The notes under the pieces are model-generated. The model made no database searches. It was not told the origin of the DNA and saw only the letters and a program-made list of their open reading frames with translations. 64,000 nucleotides of DNA. Origin: Candidatus Latescibacterota bacterium (GTDB lineage: Bacteria > Latescibacterota > UBA2968 > GCA-2709665). Of the stretch, positions 39,071-48,582 are shown one piece after another. Position 1 is the stretch's first letter. Every line of letters begins with the position of its first letter. Made by a program: the position numbers and the translations under genes. Where the stretch lies: the NCBI GenBank assembly GCA_965219995.1, contig CBDCOX010000002.1:3680001-3744000 (forward strand). The letters are read 5' to 3'.

Positions 39071-40129
39071 TCAAATCATCTCCCGTCTCACGTCTACCCT
39101 CTCACCGCCTTCACCCAGCATGCCGTGTTCGTCGAACCAGCGGAACGTGTCCCTGACCGATTCAGCGAGCGGGCGCGGGCGGAACCCGAGTTCGGCCCGC
39201 GCCCTGGCGCTGGATATCCGCCGGTTGCCATGGGCCATGACGCGGACGGACACCGGCGTGTAGAGCGGACGGCGTCCGCGACACCGATCCAGTACGACCT
39301 GGAAGGGCGCCCATATCCGGGCGGCGAACATCGGGAACTGGAGGCGGGGTGCGGCTACCCCGGTCGCCTGCCGGGAAAACTCCGCCAGTTCTCGCACGGT
39401 GTGCCAGTGACCTGAGACGAGGTAGTTTTCGCCACATCTCGCCTGTGTCTCGGCGGCCATCAAGGCCGCCACGACATCGCGCACATCGACCCAGTCGTAG
39501 CCACCCGCGATCAACGCGGGAAGTCGCCTGCGGTGGAGGTCGAGAAACAACTGCCCCATAGGCGACGGCGCGCCGTCATAGGGGCCGATCACGCTGGTCG
39601 GATTCAGGATTACGGCGTCCAGGCCGCGGTCGATGCCGCGGCGGACTTCCACTTCGCCGGCGGCTTTCGAGCGGTCGTACGGAGCGTCGCGCGGGCTGTC
39701 CGCAGGACGGCGGCTCTCGTCAAGCACTTCGTCCAGCGGGAACTGGTCGTAAGCGTGGATCGAGGAGACATGAACCAGGCGTCTCACACCACATTCGAGC
39801 GCCGCTTCCACGACATTGCGGGTGCCCAGGACATTCGTGCGATGGAATTCCTGCGCCCTGACGGTACCGATCGAGACCAGCGCGGCCAAATGGAAAACGG
39901 TTTCCGCGCCCGCGAAGGCGGCGATCAGCGATTCCTTGTTGAGAATGTCGCCGTTGACCCATTCGATGTCGAGATGCGCCGCCGTCCCTTGACGCCTTCG
40001 AAAGATCGCACGGACCTGACGGGGCCCGTACTTGCCGGCAAGGGCCCGCGTCAACACACCGCCGATCTGCCCGCTCGCCCCCGTGATCACCCGTACGGTG
40101 CGAGGTCGTCCGCCACCAGATGATTTCAT
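39071..40129 (-). CDS. NAD-dependent epimerase/dehydratase (extended SDR; DFR/HpnA/3beta-HSD-like)
   Basis: TGASGQIG, HLAA, HVSS, YDRSK, VDVRDV. Confidence 0.9.
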   Translation of the reverse strand: MKSSGGGRPRTVRVITGASGQIGGVLTRALAGKYGPRQVRAIFRRRQGTAAHLDIEWVNGDILNKESLIAAFAGAETVFHLAALVSIGTVRAQEFHRTNVLGTRNVVEAALECGVRRLVHVSSIHAYDQFPLDEVLDESRRPADSPRDAPYDRSKAAGEVEVRRGIDRGLDAVILNPTSVIGPYDGAPSPMGQLFLDLHRRRLPALIAGGYDWVDVRDVVAALMAAETQARCGENYLVSGHWHTVRELAEFSRQATGVAAPRLQFPMFAARIWAPFQVVLDRCRGRRPLYTPVSVRVMAHGNRRISSARARAELGFRPRPLAESVRDTFRWFDEHGMLGEGGERVDVRREMI

Positions 40130-40193
40130 TTCGAAAGACTCAATTCGGGAATCGTCGACCCGACAAGGCGCTGGAGGAGCGGGTGTAGCGAAT

Positions 40194-42227
40194 TCAGACT
40201 CGAAGTTCGTGGCGCTGCTCAACGAGCCTGAATTTCAATTTGTTGCTGGGCGACTGTGAGGGCAATGGATCCATCGGCAATCGCTTGTAGGGACGGGCCA
40301 GCTCGAGCTTGAAGTGATGCGTGAGCATCAGCAGGTTGATCGCCATGTGCATGTCGGCCCAGCGGCTCCCGAGACATGAGTGCGTGCCCAGCCCGAATGG
40401 CGCGTAGCCTCTGCCGAGGTGCTCGTTTCGCGGGGGTACGTAGCGCTCAATGTCGAACGTCCACGGATCGGGAAAAGACTCTTCCAGGTAGTGCGTGGCC
40501 GTCTGCGCAATCATGAGTTGCGACCCCACAGGCAGTTCGTAACCCTCCACCACGCAGGTATTCATGACCGTGCGCATGGACATGGCCACGATCGGCGACA
40601 TCCGCAGAGCCTCCATCAGCACCCGGTGGGTCACGTCGATCCGGTCTCGAGTGAAGTCCTCCTCGCCGGGATCGCCCTCGGCCCACAACGCGTCCGCTTC
40701 GGCCGTGACTCGTTCGTACAACTCGGGATTCTGCACCAGCCAGTAAAGGGCGAAGCCAATCTGATCGCCCATATACATGGCGGTCATCAGGATCGCCCCC
40801 AGCGGGAGCGACAGGTCCGATTCCGGGAGGAACTGGGGATCGGACGCGTTCAGGGCCAGATACGCGTCCACCACGTCCTCATGCATCCCAACCCGCTGCG
40901 CTGCCGTATGTGTCCTTTGCATGCGGTCTACAATCTTCTGCATGGCCTTCGCCCGGCGGCGCATCGACGGGGTCTTGAGCATGAAACGCGGCATGCTCTT
41001 GACGATGCCTACATTGAGCACTCGTATCTTGTATTCGAGCGCGTCGACAATCTCGGCCTGGGTGTCAATGCTGGCCAGGAGCGGCGATGACTGCGCGTTC
41101 AGCAATGGTCGCAGCATCACCTGCACCGGCATCGTGGCGCCGACGTCCCAACTGGCCATGTGCGTGCGTGCCAGGTTATAGACCTCATCCAGACGCCTGG
41201 TCAAAGTCCTGCGGGAGTACGCGGGCTGTAACGACTTGCGAAAGCGAAAGTGATCGGCGCCGTCAACCGAGTGCATCGAGCGCGACACGCCATACGCCTT
41301 GTCGACGCCTTCGAAGTACTCCTTCGACCGCAGGAACACCCGCCCCATGCGATTGGCCCATTCGTTTGTCTTCAACCCCGCCAGGACAATCAGGTTCTGG
41401 CGGAACGGGAGCCGAAGCTCGAACACCGGACCGTACTTTTCGGCCAAAATGGCAAACCCTGCCGGCAGCCTGCCCTCTCGCAGCTCGCGGTTGAACACCA
41501 GATCACGCAGGGACACCGTTGGAATCGGCTTGGTCAGCGAGGGCTGGCGAAGCGAGGGTGCGACGATGCTCTGGCCCACCGCCGCCGCAATCGCCTGGCC
41601 GATCAGGTCCATCTGGCTGACGAACTGTATCCGTTCTTCCACCTCCTCGTCGATCTGAAACATCAGATGGAACACGCGGCAGGCGTTGACGAGGCCGGTG
41701 ATAATCACGTCGCGGGGACCCGGAATCTCGTCCGAGAAGATGATCCTGGTCAGACGGGCCTTTACGGACTCGCCCGCCAGGTGGTCTTCTCCTGGCGGCG
41801 TTTCGCCCGGCCGCTGGCGCCTGGTGAAGGTATAGAAATCGCCAGGGTGGAGGTCGAGAATCTGTCGCCGAACGAGCTGGTCCAGCGCCTGGGGGATCAT
41901 CGCCTCGGACTGCGGAGCAAGCCGCTCAACCCAGTAGCGGGCATCGTGTGGTTCCGATTCGGTCGCGATCTCCCGCAAGACCGGGTCGAGCAGCGGACGA
42001 CCGGTGTCGGTCGCATCCAACAGAGTCAGCGACTTCAGATCGGTGTCGATGCGACCGCGCAGCGACAGTTCACCCAGCGCTGCGCCGGCCATGGCGCAGT
42101 TCAGGTTCCAGCCGGGCACCTGACGAAAATAACCGCTCTCTTCGTCCAGCAGCGCCAGCAGCAACTCTTCCGGCAGACTCACCGTGGAAGCCTCCGGACC
42201 CGTCCCAATTGACGTTTCGCGAGTCAT
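40194..42227 (-). CDS. cytochrome P450 with N-terminal GPP34/GOLPH3-like domain
   Basis: Heme motif FGLGTHSCLG and EALR; N-terminal LPEELLLALLDEESG...ALGELSLRGRI typical of GPP34. Confidence 0.85.
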   Translation of the reverse strand: MTRETSIGTGPEASTVSLPEELLLALLDEESGYFRQVPGWNLNCAMAGAALGELSLRGRIDTDLKSLTLLDATDTGRPLLDPVLREIATESEPHDARYWVERLAPQSEAMIPQALDQLVRRQILDLHPGDFYTFTRRQRPGETPPGEDHLAGESVKARLTRIIFSDEIPGPRDVIITGLVNACRVFHLMFQIDEEVEERIQFVSQMDLIGQAIAAAVGQSIVAPSLRQPSLTKPIPTVSLRDLVFNRELREGRLPAGFAILAEKYGPVFELRLPFRQNLIVLAGLKTNEWANRMGRVFLRSKEYFEGVDKAYGVSRSMHSVDGADHFRFRKSLQPAYSRRTLTRRLDEVYNLARTHMASWDVGATMPVQVMLRPLLNAQSSPLLASIDTQAEIVDALEYKIRVLNVGIVKSMPRFMLKTPSMRRRAKAMQKIVDRMQRTHTAAQRVGMHEDVVDAYLALNASDPQFLPESDLSLPLGAILMTAMYMGDQIGFALYWLVQNPELYERVTAEADALWAEGDPGEEDFTRDRIDVTHRVLMEALRMSPIVAMSMRTVMNTCVVEGYELPVGSQLMIAQTATHYLEESFPDPWTFDIERYVPPRNEHLGRGYAPFGLGTHSCLGSRWADMHMAINLLMLTHHFKLELARPYKRLPMDPLPSQSPSNKLKFRLVEQRHELRV

Positions 42228-42461
42228 CGATTAACCAATTGTCCTCTCCATCGCAAGATTTCGAGCGTTCCGGACACGACTATTGACATGATGGGCGAGC
42301 CTTTGCACGGGCACAGGCATGGCCCGCATCAACCGGCAGCCTGGTGACGGTGTTATTGGGACGCCTTTGATACGGGACTTTGCCCGCATCGACGTTCCCT
42401 GAAGCAGAAGGTGAAGGACTCGAACTCGCTTTGGAAGTAGATAACTTGTTCTTTTAATTAT

Positions 42462-42489
42462 AAGATACAGCATTTTAGTCGCTTGTCAA
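42462..42489 (-). promoter_or_regulatory. possible promoter for P450-SDR
   Basis: Minus strand TTGACA-N16-TATCTT, followed by TATAAT. Confidence 0.45.
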
Positions 42490-42494
42490 GCATG

Positions 42495-42642
42495 GGGCGG
42501 GCAATGGTCGTCGCCCGATCGGCGCAGAGGTAATGCTTCGGATCTGCTTCATGCAGCATTGGTACGCTTTGAACGACCCTGCGATGGAGGACAGTCATTA
42601 CAACGTGGAATCGACGCGCGGCTTCGCGGGGTTGGATCTTCG
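42495..42642 (+). pseudogene. IS5-family transposase fragment
   Basis: [47 protein letters not shown] matches the IS5 N-terminal pattern MLRI..LQ.W..LSDP..E..LY...S.R.FAG. Confidence 0.8.
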
Positions 42643-42655
42643 GCGGCCGCATCGA

Positions 42656-43726
42656 TCAGACGACAGGCTGGTCCGGGTAGAACTGCCGGCAGTAGCGGCG
42701 GTAGGTTCCGATAGGACCGTCGGAACGGCACAGCCTGGGTGGCGACCGGTGCCGTTTCTTCTCCCAGATCACCACGTCCTGCAGCACGTCCCGTTTCTGC
42801 TGTGACAGCAGAAAATAATTCATCAGCCACCGACGCAGCTTCGAAGGGACGAATCCAAGGCCCGTGATGAACCGCCGGGGTTTTCGTAATTCCTTCATCT
42901 GGGCGGCCAGAACGAGATCGATCACGTTCCCGTCAACGGGTGTGGGAAGCACCCACAATCTCGAGTGCATATCGATGGTTTTTTCGTGGACCTCGACGAA
43001 AGAGTAGCCCAGTCCGTGGATGTGGGCGACTGCCGAGATTTCGTGCGCGAGGTCCATTATCCCAAGGACCCTGCGAACACGTTTGAAGTCGAAACAACTC
43101 TTCAGGTAGGCGCCGTCCACCGTCACCGCGCCGACCGGATTCACGTTGTCGTATCCGTGAACGTAGCGCAGGTGTCCCACGTCAACGGAGTTCTCGCCGG
43201 TTTCCTGGGGATGGCTCCGAAACCGGAGGCGCCGGAATCCCAGCTTGCTCCATTCCGCGCCGGCGGGCGGTTCATCCGGAAGGTCCCAGTGCGAAGGGCG
43301 GCCGCCGCTCCCGTACCAGGCGAAGACCATACCGAGGATCTCTCTGGTTTCGTAGACCTGCAGCCTGGCGGCCTTTGCAGCAGGTGCGTACGGCGTCGCG
43401 ACGCATTGACCCGTCGCATCGAATGTAAAGCCGTGAAACGGACAGACGAGACGCCCGTCGCATACCTTGCCGCCGACCTCCGGCCCGAGGGACGAGCCCA
43501 GGTGCGGGCAGATGGAGTCGGCCACGCAGATACGTCCTTCTTCGTCGCACCAGGCGACGATTTCCTCGCCCATCCACGTCTTCTCGATCAGTTTCTCTCG
43601 AAGAAGGGACTGCCGGGTCGTTACCAGGTACCATCCTTCCGGGAACGGGGGCAGATGATCAGTACCGGCAGCGCCGCGTTCTTTGGGGAAGCTGACCTGT
43701 GACAGTTGCGGTTCTGTCGACGCCAT
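42656..43726 (-). CDS. Rieske non-heme iron oxygenase (KshA/Neverland-like)
   Basis: CPHLG...CPFHG Rieske site; [13 protein letters not shown] iron site; DVVIW..K; AGGAGG RBS. Confidence 0.88.
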   Translation of the reverse strand: MASTEPQLSQVSFPKERGAAGTDHLPPFPEGWYLVTTRQSLLREKLIEKTWMGEEIVAWCDEEGRICVADSICPHLGSSLGPEVGGKVCDGRLVCPFHGFTFDATGQCVATPYAPAAKAARLQVYETREILGMVFAWYGSGGRPSHWDLPDEPPAGAEWSKLGFRRLRFRSHPQETGENSVDVGHLRYVHGYDNVNPVGAVTVDGAYLKSCFDFKRVRRVLGIMDLAHEISAVAHIHGLGYSFVEVHEKTIDMHSRLWVLPTPVDGNVIDLVLAAQMKELRKPRRFITGLGFVPSKLRRWLMNYFLLSQQKRDVLQDVVIWEKKRHRSPPRLCRSDGPIGTYRRYCRQFYPDQPVV

Positions 43727-43759
43727 GCGAATTTCATCCTCCTGATGCAATTCTCACTG

Positions 43760-45043
43760 CTACCAGGCCGTCAGCGCGTCCGTGAAGAGCGCCGCCAGGT
43801 CCTCTTTGCCGGCGGGCCTCGGCGACAGCTTGGTCACCCGGTGCTGGGGCAGCGTGCCCTCCACCAGCGCCGGCACGTCCGCTTCCGTAAATCCGATCGC
43901 CGACAGGCCATTCGGCATTTCGAGCCGCTTCATCAGCGCGACGATACGGTCCGCCAGCAGCTCGCCTGCCTCGGTCTCGGGATTCGTGACCGAGGACACG
44001 TCTCCCCCGAGCAATTCCGCGGCTTTCAGATGCCGGCCGGGGCAGGCAGGACCGGTAAACCGAAAGGACGCCGGAGCATTCAGAAAGACCGACATCCCGT
44101 GCGGTACGATGGAATGATCGCTCACCATGCCTTCGGGCTTGTAATCCCTTACCATCCCGGACACGGGATAGGACATTCCGTGAGGCAGGTGAACGCCCGC
44201 GTTGCCAAACCCCATCCCCGCCATACTCGACGCAAGGATCATGTTCGACCGCGCCTCGTCGTCCTCCGGATCCGCCACGGCGCGCACGATGTTCTCCGCG
44301 ACCAGTTCGATGGCCCTGACCGCCCACATGTCGCTGATGGGATTTGTGCCCTGGTACGCGGGCCGCAGAATCGGCCGATCGGGCAGCGGCCGCTGATCGT
44401 ACGGAATCGCGGTATATGACTCAAGGGCGTGACACAGCACGTCCAGGCCCGTCGACGCGGCCACAACCGGCGGCATGGTTCGTGTGTTCTCGGGATCCAC
44501 AATGCCCAGCGCCGGTTTCAGGCGACGGTGCGCGATCCCTGTTTTCACGTGTTTTTCGGAGATATCGAAGATGGTAACACCCGTGGTCTCGCTGCCCGTT
44601 CCGGCGGTGGTGGGAATCGCGATCAGCGGCTTGAGCGCCCCGGGTACCGGCTTGCCGTTCCCGATGGGCGCGTTTACGTAGGCGTAGAAGTCATCGGGAT
44701 AGGTGGAATAGAGATTCGCGGCTTTTGCCGTATCGATCGAGGAGCCTCCGCCCACCGCGACAAAGGCATCGAAGTTTCCGTCCAATGCAAAGTCGATCGC
44801 CTCCTGAAACGACACGTCTGTCGGCTCGACGCGGACCCGATCGTAAAGCGCGTAATCAACGCCCTCGCGCTTCAGAGCGTCGACCGCCGTCCGTACCGGA
44901 GGCAGGTCCACCAGATTGGGATCGGTGAGCAGCATCACCCGCCTGGCGCCCATTTCGGACAGGTCCATACCCACTTCCCGGGTAGCGCCGGGCCCGAATC
45001 GCAGATTGGACGTTCCCATCTCGAACGCGAAATCGGTCTGCAT
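43760..45043 (-). CDS. hydroxyacid-oxoacid transhydrogenase (Fe-ADH, ADHFE1-like)
   Basis: GGGSSIDTAK, PTTAGTGSE, DVLCHALESY, RPAYQG, GVHLPHGMSY. Confidence 0.92.
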   Translation of the reverse strand: MQTDFAFEMGTSNLRFGPGATREVGMDLSEMGARRVMLLTDPNLVDLPPVRTAVDALKREGVDYALYDRVRVEPTDVSFQEAIDFALDGNFDAFVAVGGGSSIDTAKAANLYSTYPDDFYAYVNAPIGNGKPVPGALKPLIAIPTTAGTGSETTGVTIFDISEKHVKTGIAHRRLKPALGIVDPENTRTMPPVVAASTGLDVLCHALESYTAIPYDQRPLPDRPILRPAYQGTNPISDMWAVRAIELVAENIVRAVADPEDDEARSNMILASSMAGMGFGNAGVHLPHGMSYPVSGMVRDYKPEGMVSDHSIVPHGMSVFLNAPASFRFTGPACPGRHLKAAELLGGDVSSVTNPETEAGELLADRIVALMKRLEMPNGLSAIGFTEADVPALVEGTLPQHRVTKLSPRPAGKEDLAALFTDALTAW

Positions 45044-45190
45044 CAGAATCTCCTGTTACCGGAATGGGCAAGAAAAAGGTCCGAAACGATGTGTCGTCTT
45101 ACATCCTGCCCGACACGCGCGGGCTTGTAATTTTAAGAAAATGGATGGATAGAGGCAAGGATAACGGGGAAACGAAGGGGCAATAACAAA

Positions 45191-45217
45191 GCCTGCCAAT
45201 GTGTTTTACTGGCAGGC
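45191..45217. terminator. hairpin downstream of the small membrane protein gene
   Basis: GCCTGCCA...TGGCAGGC, with TTTGTT following on the minus strand. Confidence 0.5.
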
Positions 45218-45244
45218 CGTTGACAACGTTATTGATGTAATGGA

Positions 45245-45478
45245 CTATTTCTTATTGAGTTTTGCTTCGTTTGCGGCGATGCGTTCCCCGAAGGAGTCCA
45301 GGCGGGCATCTATTCTCTCCAATTTCCTGTCAACGGTATCAAATTTCGTTTCCATCTTATCTTCCAATCTGTCTATTCTTTGATTGATTCCGGAGGAAAA
45401 GTTCCACAACAGACCCCATATGGCCAATAGCAAAAGTACCAACCGCATATTGTCTTCGTTGAAGATTTTCCCATTCAC
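45245..45478 (-). CDS. small TM-anchored coiled-coil protein (77 aa)
   Basis: GGAGGT RBS before GTG; LVLLLLAIWGLLW then heptad IDRLEDKMETKFDTVDRKLERIDARL; TTGACA-N18-TACTTT promoter at 45502-45531. Confidence 0.7.
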   Translation of the reverse strand: MNGKIFNEDNMRLVLLLLAIWGLLWNFSSGINQRIDRLEDKMETKFDTVDRKLERIDARLDSFGERIAANEAKLNKK

Positions 45479-45632
45479 GGCGCACCTCCGATCTGCGCAA
45501 AAAAGTACGTCAAAGAGGTACATCCTGTCAAGCGAAAAGGTCGAAATACAGATGCTGCTGTGCCAGGATACCTGCCTGCGCCAGGTTCCGCTTGGAAGGC
45601 AGGTCATGCCCCCCGGCGATATCCTCACATTT

Positions 45633-45659
45633 GTAGAGGCGACCGGCAGGTCGCACCTA
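45633..45659 (+). repeat. REP-like palindrome (GTAG type)
   Basis: GTAGAGGCGACCGGCAGGTCGCACCTA. Confidence 0.65.
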
Positions 45660-45831
45660 AACTAACCTGGTCTGCTCGCATTGAAATCGCCAGGCCAATT
45701 CGTTAACAGGTTCTGTACTGACGGTTGACCGCGTTTCTACCTATGAGCTGACGCTGTAGTAGACGTCACGCGGCTTACGACATTTAGAGTAGAGACGTGG
45801 TTCCCCCTCAGGACCGGACGTCCGCCGAGAA

Positions 45832-46221
45832 TTAGGGCGGTTGGCTCAACATTTCTGCTTTTGAAAAATCGAGCGCCAGTCTCTGCATGAATTTTACGAC
45901 CGGATTCCCAACTTTGAAAACTGGAAGTCGTCCATTCTTAGACAAGAACAGGTCTTTATGTGGAAGATGCGCCGAGTGATTTGAGACAACGAACAGCCAA
46001 ATCAACCTGGCGAAAATAGCCCGGTAGGACGTGTGTTCGTCGATCTTGCGGGGGACGCGTTCAGGAGGATATAAGAATTCCCGCATTATTTCGTCGAGCG
46101 ACGCTGATTGTGTCCCTGCCCCTTCCTCTGCTTCAACCCAGTTTTCGAGGTCTTCGAGCCTTCGGGATATCTCTTTTGTTCCTTGCAATCGTCTTTTTGC
46201 TTCTGCGTATAAGCCCAACAT
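45832..46221 (-). CDS. hypothetical protein
   Basis: 129-aa ORF in AT-richer DNA; upstream TTGACA-N16-TACCTT (46306-46333). Confidence 0.5.
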   Translation of the reverse strand: MLGLYAEAKRRLQGTKEISRRLEDLENWVEAEEGAGTQSASLDEIMREFLYPPERVPRKIDEHTSYRAIFARLIWLFVVSNHSAHLPHKDLFLSKNGRLPVFKVGNPVVKFMQRLALDFSKAEMLSQPP

Positions 46222-46598
46222 AACGTCTATGACCCCACGAGAAATACTGGGGTTGCTGTTGCAAATAACACAATAACCCTGAACGTTGCTATTGACTTAA
46301 GGGTAAAGGTATCAGTATTGTCGCCAGTGTCAATGCGAAATTAGTAAATTTACATGGTCTTTGGGAGCCCTTACGGACACCAGCAAAGGACGCTCACTTA
46401 CGCCAATTACATGCTCCGTCCGGAACCCCGTAATTGCGACTTCCGATTGGCCTGATTGGGGCGATCATGGTTGGCCCGATCAGGGCGATCGATGACATTT
46501 GCAGATGTTTGCCCTCATGCGGCCGCGTGCGCTTTTGGGCTCGATGGCCGGCGGCGGTGAGGGCGCTACGGTCGACCGGTGTCTTTCATCAACTGAGG

Positions 46599-46898
46599 TT
46601 ACCTGTACCCCTTCTGCCTTCCTCGTCGCAGCGCGCGTTTCTGGTCCGCGGTACGTGAGCGATAGGCAGTGATAACGTGCTCGTCTATGATGACGACCTT
46701 GCGATTCTTGAGCCGTTCCAGCAGCTGAATCTCCCGTTTGCGGTTCGCAATCTCGCGCGCGACGTCCCGCCTTCGCATCAGCCACGTATCCCTGTCGACT
46801 GGTGTACCGAATTCCTCAATCATACGTATGTCTCTTCCGCGAATGCCCCGTTGCTGCGTGCGCGTCTCGGCGTGGCGGGTGTAGATCAAATCACTCAT
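46599..46898 (-). CDS. DUF4258-like small basic protein
   Basis: YTRHAETRTQQRGI...VITAY pattern; AAGGAG RBS. Confidence 0.7.
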   Translation of the reverse strand: MSDLIYTRHAETRTQQRGIRGRDIRMIEEFGTPVDRDTWLMRRRDVAREIANRKREIQLLERLKNRKVVIIDEHVITAYRSRTADQKRALRRGRQKGYR

Positions 46899-46909
46899 TG
46901 GTCGTCTCC

Positions 46910-47899
46910 TTACGATTCGGTTTCAGAACTGGTCGATTGAGATGCTTCCCACTGTTCCATTTGTTCGAAGATAGACGCGAAAATTCCGTTCTTCGAATCT
47001 TTGAGTTTCTCGGGTAATCTGTCTTCAATCCACTGTTGACGTTCCTTTTTCGTGTTGCTGCCCATCAGATCATCGGGGATTTCGGAAATTCGCAAGAGAC
47101 CAAATTCAAGGGCTAATCTGCATTTCAGAGACCCGTTGGCGATATTGGCAAGTTCCTCTGGCCAGACCTCGTACTTGGGGAACCTGAAGTTCAATTCGAC
47201 ATCCAGTTCGCCGACATCCACCTTGACGATGTCTGGAACGGCGAGGTCGTCAGCCAGTTTGCGCAAATAGTCTGCTAACGGGTTTTCTTCCTCGGGATCG
47301 AAGAAGCTACGATCTACAAGGCTGCTGTCGGGATCATCGAGTAGATGTTCGCCGAACAAATCGGCCTTCTGGATGGATTCTTTTTCGAGCTCAATCCCCT
47401 CGTAAACGAAATCGTAAAGTCCAGTGGCTAAACCTCCGCGCCAGAATCCTTCAATTTTCTCCACAGGATCAATCGCATCCACAGCTTGTCTGGATTTCTC
47501 TCGCCGCCATGCGAGGCTTCCCTCGGCCAGGAGCGTGAAGAACAGCGGGCCCATATTGATCAGGTCAGTGGCGTTGACGCCATACCGGCGTTTGATGAGA
47601 TCGTATGCGAGCCGAACCTTTGGCGCGATCTGAGCCCCGATGCGGACGGGGTCCGGTTCGGCGAACGGGGCCTCGTCGGCGTCCGGCAGATCCAACTCGC
47701 CGGTGAGCACGCCTGGTTCGACGTCTAGCGCTTCGGCCAGTTTGCTCACAGTGTACTCCCGGGTCCTCTTGCACCGATCCGGCTCGTTTTCCAGTCGTTG
47801 GATCGTCCGGACCGTGATTCCGGAATCCCGATGAAGATCGGGGCGCGACAGTTTCTTTCGCTGGCGGAGTGTGCGAAGGCGGTCAGCGTCGATTTTCAT
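46910..47899 (-). CDS. XRE-family HTH protein with long acidic C-terminal region
   Basis: LRTLRQRKKLSRPDL...TIQRLEN...KLAEALDV; AAGGAG RBS. Confidence 0.85.
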   Translation of the reverse strand: MKIDADRLRTLRQRKKLSRPDLHRDSGITVRTIQRLENEPDRCKRTREYTVSKLAEALDVEPGVLTGELDLPDADEAPFAEPDPVRIGAQIAPKVRLAYDLIKRRYGVNATDLINMGPLFFTLLAEGSLAWRREKSRQAVDAIDPVEKIEGFWRGGLATGLYDFVYEGIELEKESIQKADLFGEHLLDDPDSSLVDRSFFDPEEENPLADYLRKLADDLAVPDIVKVDVGELDVELNFRFPKYEVWPEELANIANGSLKCRLALEFGLLRISEIPDDLMGSNTKKERQQWIEDRLPEKLKDSKNGIFASIFEQMEQWEASQSTSSETES

Positions 47900-47964
47900 T
47901 TTTGTCTCCTTGCAGTCGGGAATTCAGTTGCGGCTGGTCATGTGCGATACGAAAATGTAATCCA

Positions 47965-47979
47965 TTTGATACAATCAAA
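47965..47979. promoter_or_regulatory. candidate operator palindrome
   Basis: TTTGAT-ACA-ATCAAA ~65 bp upstream of the XRE gene. Confidence 0.4.
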
Positions 47980-48192
47980 CAACAGATATTAATAGAAATA
48001 TCTTTATTTATATTGTCATTAAAAAGGTAATAACTACTTGTATTGTCCGGTTCGGTCCCAAAGACGCTTGAAATACGTCCATCACGCCAAACATGAGCAG
48101 ACATTTACGGACATTTCGTTATCTGACGCAACGAAGGGTATTCCTCGATTAATGGCAAGCCGGTGACCGGTCGACGATCTCCTGGCTTTCCT

Positions 48193-48469
48193 CCCCCTCT
48201 CCCCGTGGGAGAGGGGGTTGGGGGGAGAGGTCTGCGCATCCTATAATTGATATCGCCAGTCCATATCGTCATCCCGTGGCCGCGGTGTGATCATCTACCG
48301 TCTCCCCTCTCACGTCTTACCGCTTCTGAGGGGCCGGGGGGAGAGGTCTGCGCATCACCTAGTTGATATCGCCAGACCACATCGTCATCCCGTGGCCGCG
48401 GTGTGATCATCTACCGTCTCCCGTCTCCCGTCTTACCGCTTCTGAGGGGTTGGGAGGAGAGGTCCGCGC
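48193..48469. repeat. CCCCCTCTCCC/GGGAGAGGGGG hairpin followed by a 116-bp tandem duplication containing heptamer arms
   Basis: GAGAGGTC recurs at 48225, 48341 and 48457; the two units are near-identical. Confidence 0.85.
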
Positions 48470-48582
48470 CCCGCTGTATGACGTTCTCGCTGGCGTGACG
48501 GCTTTTGTTTATCATGAGGTGTATATCCCCGCGCACGTCGTTTGTGAGCCCTCCCGCCACTCGCTGATTGAACGACAATCTT

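Noticed and set aside
45660-48190. Prophage or integrative element
   Set aside because: No integrase, att repeats or phage structural genes seen
48225-48469. CRISPR-like repeat-spacer array
   Set aside because: The 'spacers' are near-identical to each other, there are only two units, and no cas genes are present
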